A stretch of DNA of 32,000 nucleotides from positions 840,001 through 872,000 of the forward strand of contig NZ_CP065581.1 of the NCBI RefSeq assembly GCF_018389705.1, read 5' to 3'. Positions 24,643 through 32,000 of the stretch are shown here, piece by piece. Below the pieces are notes generated by a model. It was given only the letters and a program-made list of their open reading frames with translations. It was not told the DNA's origin and did not search any database. The DNA comes from Mycoplasma mycoides subsp. capri. Its GTDB lineage: Bacteria; Bacillota_I; Bacilli_A; Mycoplasmatales; Mycoplasmataceae. Within the stretch, counting starts at the first letter, position 1; every line of letters starts with the position of its first letter. A program made the translations under genes and the position numbers.

Positions 24643-25266
24643 TTAATCCATTAAAGGTTCAATGATTTTTTTTAAATCAGTAGTTGTTTTTTCAATAATT
24701 TTTTTAAGTTTATTTCTTGAAATATTAAATTTTGTAAATATGTGCTTTTTTGGAACATCTCTTATATACATTTCAAAAATTGGTTTAGCAAGTTTATCAT
24801 TACAATTTTTAAAATATAAATCTATGATTTCTTCTATAGCAAAGTTATAGCCCATATAATCTTCTTCTGAAACTATATTTTCAAGATGTTCTTGTTTTAT
24901 AGAATTTGATAAACTCATATTTAATACTTTATGTCGATTATTAATATACTTGGTGCACGCATCTGTACATTTTCAAGTTACAGCATCAATAACTGATCAT
25001 ATAAACTTTTTTTTAATATTTTTAGCCTGATACACTTGTAACAATTCATCAAATGCTATTCAGGCATATGACATTAGATCATGATGTTCTAATGGAAGTG
25101 AATGAAATTTTGACATTGCTTTTTTAATACCATAATTAATCGGTGGTGATAATAACAAAAATAATTTTGTTTTATCTTCTAGCTCTAGCTTTGACAAATC
25201 CATTTCTAAGAATGGTTTAATTTTTTCTTCAATCTTAAAGCTCATTACTAAAGAATTCCTTAACAT
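24643..25266 (-). CDS. putative sigma-70 family (ECF-like, two-domain) RNA polymerase sigma factor, 207 aa (200 aa if it starts at ATG 25245)
   Basis: Track ORFs 25060..25266 and 24643..24918 share one frame and are joined by three TGA codons with no TAA or TAG. Region-2-like: HHDLMSYAWIAFDELLQVYQAKNIKKKFIWSVIDAVTWKCTDACTKYINNRHK. Region-4-like HTH: KPIFEMYIRDVPKKHIFTKFNISRNKLKKIIEKTTTDLKKI. AAGGA lies 11 nt upstream of the second ATG. Confidence 0.6.
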
Positions 25267-26030
25267 TATCTATATAGCTTTTTTATTTGAAATATAAGTA
25301 ATTTCATTAATCTTTTATTTAAACACTAGTTATTTTATTAATTAGATTAATCTAATGAGGAATCAAGTAATAATAAGTAAATATCAAAGTATTCTTTTTA
25401 AAAATATTTTAATTATTTTTATAATTTTAACTATGATGTTATCAAGTTTTATAATCAAAAAATAAGCTAAATCTGTTATTAAAATTTGAATTTCTAATAT
25501 TGGTAGGTAAAATTTAACAAATCTTTTCTTAACATTAGTAGTTTTTACTAATATTTTAAATAACTCTATTTTTTTAAAACTTGATTTAAGTCAGTATCTT
25601 TTATAAAATTTGCTCAAATATAAGAACTTTCTATTTATGTGGATTTTTTATAATAAGAATTTCTTATTTAAAGATAAACCTATATTGTGTATATTATTTA
25701 TAAAATGTGTGTTAAATTAATAATAAAGTTTCATTTTAACTTGATATAAAATTTTGAAATTTAACAATTATATAGTTACTTCATATTTTTAAGACTTTTA
25801 AAAAAATAACATTCTTAATAGTGATTAATGAAATTTTTTGATGAATTTTTTGATGATAATTAAATCTAATAGATTTATAAAATTCTAAATATCTTTATTC
25901 TATTTTCCTTCCTATTCACTATAGTATTAGGAAAAAAATTTTAAAAGTAACCTAAAAAACTGAAAAATTCTAAAATTTTATAAATGACACTAATTTTAAA
26001 AAATTTATAAACCTTTTATTAATTAAAATA

Positions 26031-26074
26031 AAAACTATAATTGCTCATAATAAATAAGTAATTATAGTTTTTTT
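26031..26074. terminator. bidirectional terminator-like hairpin inside the gene desert
   Basis: Perfect 12-bp arms AAAACTATAATT (26031..26042) and AATTATAGTTTT (26060..26071) with a 17-nt loop. An A run lies upstream and a T run downstream. Confidence 0.45.
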
Positions 26075-26993
26075 ATATGTTATATAATTTATTAATCTAA
26101 TAAATAATTAATTTCATTAGAATTCTATAAATTATTCTTTTTATAATTTAGAGACTATTTTAAACTTTTTATCAGAGAAATTGGTGGGGATATGTCATAA
26201 GATGTTTTTGATAACATTCTGATAATGGGGTTTTAAGAATCTCTCATCAAACCTCTTATATAAGTATTAAAATTAAATTATTTATTTATCTATGTCTTTA
26301 GTAATTTGTCATTTTGTTGACATAGTTATGTCTAATCTATATTTAGAAAACTTCGGTATGTTTAGTGTAATTTGTAAATTGTGTAAATTTTTATTTTAAT
26401 AATATGAACGTTTTTTATAAGAACTTTAAATAATTCTTTAATTCATATCTTTGGTAAATGTCAAATATCTTAAAGATATATATTTATAATATGTGATTTT
26501 AAAGTTGATACTTATTAAAAATTTAAAAAAGAAGTTTTATTATTATTTGCTGAGTTAAATTTGAAATAAATTTTTTATTTTCTTTTTTAAATTTATTTTC
26601 ATAACCTGTTATTAAATAATCTTTAAATTAAACTTTTTTACATCTCTTATTTGATAATAGATTAATTTTTATAAAGATTATTTCATAACTATAAAATGTA
26701 TTTTTTGCTTTAACTAAAAGCATTTCGTGCATCTTCCAAACGTTATATTTTTCGTTTTTTATCCACACACTATTTTTTTATATGTTTTGTTTCAAAATTA
26801 CAATATCTTTTTTTTAAAAAAATTTTCATAATATAAAAAGGGTAGATAAACACTAGGTTTTAAGGGATTTTTTGATTATTTCAAATAACTTGTATTTACA
26901 AATATTTTTCATAAGAAATTTATTAGATACTTTAAATCACTAAAAATATTTTTTTAAAATTCAAAAAATTATTAATTTATTATACCTTTAATA

Positions 26994-27023
26994 AATAAAA
27001 AGACAACTTGTAAAAGTTGTCTT
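26994..27023 (-). terminator. pepA Rho-independent terminator
   Basis: On the minus strand, AGACAACTT TTAC AAGTTGTCT is followed by TTTTATTTATT. It starts about 27 nt after the pepA stop. Confidence 0.65.
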
Positions 27024-27049
27024 ATGTTATTACTATTTTAAAAATTTGA

Positions 27050-28405
27050 TTATTTATTAAAGATTTCAAATAAAGTTCTTACTAAAACACCTTGTCCTCT
27101 ACCAGCTTTATCTGCAGTTCCAGCTATATCAAAGTGAACAAATGGTTTTTCTTCAGCAAATGCACTTAAAAAAGCAGCAGCAGTAGAACTTCCAGCTTCT
27201 CTTCCCTTAGCAGCATTAGTTAAATCAGCATTTACACTATCTGCTTTAACTTTTTCTAAATGTTCATCAAAAATTGGCATTCTTCATACTTTTTCACTAG
27301 TTTTGTGTGATGCTTGAGAAATTAATTCTCATCTCTTATCACAATTTGTAAATACTCCAGTAGCAAAACTTCCTAAAGCAATTACCATAGCTCCAGTTAA
27401 AGTTGAAGCTTCTCAAATTTCAGTTGCTTGTTTTTCTCTAATTACATAAGTAATTCCATCAGCTAATACTAATCTTCCTTCAGCATCTGTATTATCAATT
27501 TCAACAGTTAATCCATTCATTGATTTTATTACTGATTGAGGTAAAGTAGCAGTTGACCCAATTCTATTATCTGTAAACATACCAATACCAACAACATTAA
27601 CTTTAGCTTTCATTTTAGCTAATGCCATAACAGTTGATAGCATAATAGCAGCTCCAGACATATCAAATTTCATACCTTCCATAGCACTTGAAGGTTTTAA
27701 ATTATAACCTCCACTATCAAAAGTAATTCCTTTTCCAACTAAAGCTTTTTTTGGTTCATTTTCATCACCAACATATTCTAAAACTACAGCTTGTGGTTCA
27801 TATGGTGATCCTGCATTAACTGCTAAAAATAAGTTCATTCCTAATTTAGTAGCTTCTTTTTTATTTAAAACAGTAACTTTTAGTCCTTCAATTTCTTTTG
27901 CTTTTTGAACTACTTTTTCAGCTAAATATTCACTTGTTGCAATGTTTGGTGGAGTGTCTTGTAGCATTCTTGCAAAGTTTACAAATTCCATTTTAATAGC
28001 TTCTTTTTGTTCTAATTCTTTAACATCTTCATTTGTAATTAAGTTATATACTACTTCGTTTGGTTTAGTATCTTTTTTATAACTTACTTTATCAAAAGTT
28101 TCAAAAGCAATTGATTCATAAATTCCTTCAATAGCATCTTTTTTACATCCACACATATCAAAAAATACTAAAAATGAATCTACATCAACATTTATATTAA
28201 ATTTATTAGTTGAAACAAATTTTTTAAAAGCATTTCTAATTTTAGTTTTTAAACATTTATGATCTTTTTTAATTACCATGTAAATAGTTTTATCTTCACT
28301 AATAAATGTAGTTGATAAATCAGCATCTGATACATAAGGTTTATTATTAACTTCTGTTAAACAAACTAATGTTAGTTCTTCTTTTTTATCATTAAATTTA
28401 ATCAT
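27050..28405 (-). CDS. pepA: leucyl aminopeptidase, M17 family (451 aa)
   Basis: Track ORFs 27413..28405 and 27050..27280 are in one frame and joined via TGA. Motifs: VGKGITFDSGGYNLKP and the M17 signature NTDAEGRLVLADG. AAAGGAGAT RBS. Confidence 0.9.
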
Positions 28406-28520
28406 ATATATCTCCTTTGGTTATTTAAATATATAATAACACTTTAAACTACCTAATAATTAATATTAAATATGTAGATATTAATACTAATATATAATTT
28501 TACACTTTTAAATTCACAAT

Positions 28521-28550
28521 AAAAAAACTGAAACTAATTGTTCAGTTTTT
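28521..28550 (-). terminator. Rho-independent terminator of the PTS-GH31 operon
   Basis: On the minus strand, AAAAACTGAA CAATTAGT TTCAGTTTTT is followed by additional Ts. It starts 8 nt after the GH31 stop. Confidence 0.65.
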
Positions 28551-28557
28551 AATTATT

Positions 28558-30828
28558 TTAATTATTTTTAATAATAATTTTATGTTTTGATAAATACTCA
28601 ACTTGATTATTTTTAATAGATATTTTATTTATAATTTCATCAATTTCAAATTGATATTCTAGATTATCAATTTTTCCATAAATATCAATAATTATTTGTT
28701 GATCTTTAACATTTTTAAAATTATAACTACCATTATCAAATCTTAAAATAGCTGAATTATTTTTAACAAATATTAAAATATCATCTCACTCAACATCAAA
28801 ATTATATAAACAATTTCCTTGATAAACTTTTGATTTATCATCTAATTTATATCAAGATCCATCTGGTAAAAACACATCTCTATTAGTTGAATTTTGTTTT
28901 AATATTGGACATATTAAAAGATTTTCTCCAATATAGTATTGATCATCAATTAATCTAGCAATTTTATTATTTTGATTTTCTAATACCATTGGTCTTAAAA
29001 TTGGTAAACCTTTAGTAATTGATTCAAATTCTCAAACTTTAAATTCTGGTAATAAAATCTTTTTAAATTTTGCTCATTTAATTGAATTATTTAAAGTGTT
29101 TTTATCAAATCTTCAAGGCTCTCTTTGTCCTAAAGCATGATATCTTGAAAAAGTATTTAACATTCCTACTTGAGTTCAACGATTATATAAATCTAAGCTA
29201 AAATCACTAGATTGGACAAATCCACCAATATCAGTTCCTCAAATTACTTCACCAGCTAAACTTAAAGAAAGACCTGCTTGCAAATGATTTTTTAAATCAC
29301 TAAAACTAGTTATACTATCTCCAGATCATTTACCAACAAATTTTTGAGTTCCAATATATCCCGGACGACTAACTACAACATTTCTACCAGTTCCAAAAAA
29401 CTCTTCACCAGCTTCATAACAACACTTAACATATAAATACATAAAATATTGCTTAAAATCTTTTGCTTTATAACCATTATACAAAATAGCATCAGCTGGT
29501 AAACCATCCCCATAATCAGGTTTAACAAATCTTAATCCTAATTTAAATAGTTTTTTGATTTGATCTTTATATCAGTTATAAGCTTTTGGGTTTGTAAAAT
29601 CAATTATGTAATTATTTTCTTGATATGTTTCAGTTCCTGTTCAAGGATGAGCATAGTTTCCATTTTTACTTTTAACTAATAAATCATTTTCAAATAAAAA
29701 TTTAGAATTTTCTAATCCATCATTTTGAATGTATGGATTAATTCAAAAACACATTTCTAAACCATTAGCTTTAACATCATCAAATAGTTTTTTAAAATCA
29801 CCAAAAGCATCAGTATTGTATTCAAAATTACAACTTTTTGTATATCTATTTTTTAATCATTTAGGATCTAAAGTAATAACATCTAGTGGATAATTTAATT
29901 CTTTTACTTTATTAATAGCTTCAAATAATTCTTCATAGTTATGATAATAAAGTCTATTTAATCAAACTCCATATCCAATATCTGGAACTTTTGAGATTCT
30001 ATTAGTTAATAAAGTATAACTTGATACTAATTCTTTTAAATTATTATTACTAAATAAATATAAATCTAAATAATCCTGATCAACTTTAAAAGATAAGATA
30101 TCAGTTGTTGGAGAACCTATTTCAAATGTTGTTTTACAACTTGTATTAATTAAAAATCCTCAATTATTTGTTGAATATAATAAAGGCAAACCATTATAGG
30201 CTAAATCATTATTTGTTACACAAGAATTATCAGTATTTCAAATAACTGATTCAACTCCATTTTTAACTAAAGGTCTAAATTTTTCACCAAGTCCATAAAA
30301 TTTTTCATCATTTTCAATATCAAATGACATGAAGATTTTTTGATTTTTGTTTTGATCAATTTCAATTCCTAAATTAGGATTAATAAACCCTTCAAAAAAT
30401 TGATAACCAGTTCTTAGTGTAGTTCTTGTTTTTATTTGATTATTACTATCTATTATTTTTAATACAAAGGGATTAATATTAAAAATTAGTTTTTCATTAT
30501 TTTTTAAATCGATAATAATTTCTTTATTAGTTTTTATATAACTAATTTTTTCTGATTTTAAATTATTATTTAAATGCTCATTAAAAACTTTATTAATTGA
30601 TCTTTGAGATAATTTTAAGTTGATAATATTTGATTCAAATAGTTTGATTTGAAATGTTGCTTTTTGTAAATTTGAAAAAGTGATTTCAATAAATAAACTA
30701 CTATCATTAGTTCAAAGATCAGATACTTTTGTTGTTATTCAATATTCGTTTTTAGGATCAAAGATTCTTTGTTTAATTGGAAATGAATATTCTAACATTT
30801 CACTTGTGATATTATTTGGCTTTGGCAT
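28558..30828 (-). CDS. glycoside hydrolase family 31 (alpha-glucosidase / alpha-xylosidase-like), 756 aa, absent from the supplied ORF track
   Basis: Hand translation under code 4 gives an uninterrupted frame MPKPNNITSEMLEYSFPIKQ...KHKIIIKNN* containing more than 25 TGA codons. GH31-type motifs: LRFVKPDYGDGLP (nucleophile region, compare KTDFGE), GKWSGDSITSF (WSGD) and IWGTDIGGF. The ATG at 30828 overlaps the PTS gene by 17 nt. An alternative ATG lies at 30798. Confidence 0.85.
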
Positions 30829-32000
30829 TTTTATTTCTTTCTAGTAATTCTAATATTTCGCCTTTATAAATATCAGCTTTTGGTCCATAAACAATTTGTA
30901 AAGAACTACCTTTATTTAAAACACCCACTGCTCCAGTTAATTCTTTAAACTTATTATCAACTTTAGCTTTATCTTTTACTTTAACTCTTAATCTAGTCAT
31001 ACATGCATCAACATCATCTAAATTATCTAATCCACCTAATAAATTAACTATTGTATTAATAGTTTGATCGGATTTTGTTTTAGCTGATTTAGTTTGCTTT
31101 TTAGCTGGTTGATCTTCTTTAATAGTTGTAATTTCACTAGTTGATGTTTCATCATTAGTAAATCCAGGAATTGCTGGTTTGAATTTTTTAGTAAAGAAGT
31201 AAAATACTGCAAAATAAATTCCACCAAATGCTATTGTTACTAATAATAATCATAATCCTTGAATTCATAAAATACCTTTTAATCCAATACCACTAACTGA
31301 AGTTGGAGCAAATACAAATAAGTATTTAATTAATGTTTCAATTCCACCAAATGCATGAATTCTCATTGGAATAAAATCACTAATTCCAAATGCTATTCCA
31401 GTTAAAATTGCATGTAAAACATATAATAAAGGAGCTGAAAACATAAAAATAAATTCAATAGGTTCAGTAACTCCAGTTAATAAACAAGCTGCTAATCCTG
31501 AAAAATAAATTGAAGAGTATTTAGCTCTTTTTTCTTTAGGAATTGCAAATGCCATACCTAATCCAGCACCAACTAATGAACCTGATGAAGTAATCATTTG
31601 TCCAACTTTAAATCTAACTGGAACAACTGAATCTAAAACAATTTCATAAGCTTGTTGCATTGTTAAGCCATTTACATTATTATGTTTTGCTGCATAATCA
31701 GCTCATCCGCTTTTTACATTACCTAATGCAGTAATTCAACTTAATCAGATTTTTTCTTGCCCTTGTGCTTTTAAAGCTTCTTTATTATTTTCTAAACTGT
31801 TGAAGAATTCAGCAATAACTTTAGCATTTTCGTTTGTTGTATTAATAAATTGACTAGCACTTGTAAAATCTACACTTCCACCTAATTGACTATAATTCAT
31901 AGGAATTGTAATCATGTGGTGTAATCCAAATGGTAATAATAATCTTTCTGAAGTTCCATATAAAAATGGAGCTAAGAATTTTAATTTTTGTTCTTTTGCA
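30812..32000 (-). CDS. PTS EIICB component, glucose/glucoside (Glc) family, with its 5' end outside the window
   Basis: Track ORFs 31265..31660 and 30812..31000 are in one frame and joined via TGA. The EIIC motif LLLPFGLHH is present near the window edge. After a linker comes the C-terminal EIIB domain with the active-site motif DACMTRLRVKV. TAA at 30812..30814. Confidence 0.85.

Larger units (their letters stand above)
25267..27049. other. ~1.78 kb extremely AT-rich region with no intact ORF in any frame (code 4), probably decayed genes and/or regulatory or RNA-coding DNA
   Basis: I scanned all six frames by hand for TAA and TAG. The longest plus-strand stop-free run is about 41 codons. The longest runs are all on the minus strand (101, 52, 49 and 41 codons) and lack usable ATG starts. 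All other intergenic spacers in the window are under about 0.45 kb. Confidence 0.7.

Noticed and set aside
24662-24850. 62-aa plus-strand track ORF
   Set aside because: It is antisense to the region-4-like part of the sigma-like CDS, and its F/I/L-rich translation is typical of a shadow frame.
25341-25356. Perfect 16-bp palindrome ATTAGATTAATCTAAT between the sigma-like gene and the mini-ORF
   Set aside because: At this base composition, a few perfect 16-bp A/T palindromes are expected by chance in 32 kb. Without recurrence or conservation it cannot be called an operator.
26170-26260. G-run-containing patch (GGTGGGG … TGGGG) as a possible riboswitch or T-box-like element (AAATTGGTGGGGA)
   Set aside because: It has no complementary C-runs and no match to any riboswitch core I can recall. 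The segment reads better as a minus-strand coding remnant (…FLKPHYQNVIKNILWHIPTNFSDKK…).
26305-26345. TTGTCA at 26305..26310 as an MG428-type alternative-sigma promoter (TTGTCA-N18/19-ATTWAT)
   Set aside because: The sequence 18-19 nt downstream is GTCTAA/TCTAAT and does not match the ATTWAT element. The sigma-like protein here is also not shown to be an MG428 orthologue.
26465-26505. dif-like AT-rich sequence (…GATATATATTTATAATATGTGATTT…)
   Set aside because: It only loosely resembles known Firmicute or E. coli dif arms. No Xer recombinase context is present and no gene-orientation switch is evident in the window.
25283-26888. 12-bp inverted repeat TTATTTGAAATA (25283..25294) / TATTTCAAATAA (26877..26888) bracketing most of the desert, as possible ends of a mobile element
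   Set aside because: About one such A/T 12-mer pair is expected by chance in 1.8 kb. There are no target-site duplications and no transposase remnant.

Overview
The window is a very AT-rich Mollicutes-type chromosome segment that uses genetic code 4 (UGA = Trp). Gene content (DUF285 lipoprotein, oppBCDFA order, tmRNA tag) suggests the Mycoplasma mycoides/Entomoplasmatales clade, but this is inference only. The supplied ORF track used the standard code. Most real genes therefore appear as in-frame fragments split at TGA, and one 2.27 kb gene (GH31, 28558..30828) is absent from the track. I rejoined fragments by hand.

Gene order, left to right:
- 3' end of a GH13 glycosidase, then a full tandem GH13 paralogue (neopullulanase/cyclomaltodextrinase type), then beta-phosphoglucomutase
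- a surface lipoprotein interrupted by an in-frame TAA
- a Cof-type HAD phosphatase (-)
- a complete oppB-oppC-oppD-oppF-oppA operon (-), with a 1050-aa OppA lipoprotein and large insertions in both ATPases
- a small membrane protein and alaS
- a DUF285-repeat lipoprotein preceded by a T17 tract
- a transglutaminase-like lipoprotein (-) with a 3' frameshift
- tmRNA (ssrA, -), mgtE and trmB
- an orphan ECF-like sigma-factor candidate (-)
- a ~1.78 kb stretch with no intact ORF in any frame, even under code 4
- leucyl aminopeptidase pepA (-)
- a GH31 alpha-glucosidase-family gene (-) and the 3' part of a PTS EIICB gene (-)

The most interesting locus is 24.6-27.05 kb, where the sigma-like gene sits next to the gene desert. 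The desert holds several stop-free, start-less coding-like remnants, all on the minus strand. It also holds an SD-like motif, an internal bidirectional terminator-like hairpin, a perfect DnaA-box 9-mer and promoter-like or repeated motifs. Secondary points are three surface-lipoprotein loci with possible on/off lesions or slippage tracts.

No CRISPR array, rRNA, tRNA, IS element or recognisable riboswitch was seen. All homology statements come from motif recognition by eye. No database search was run.
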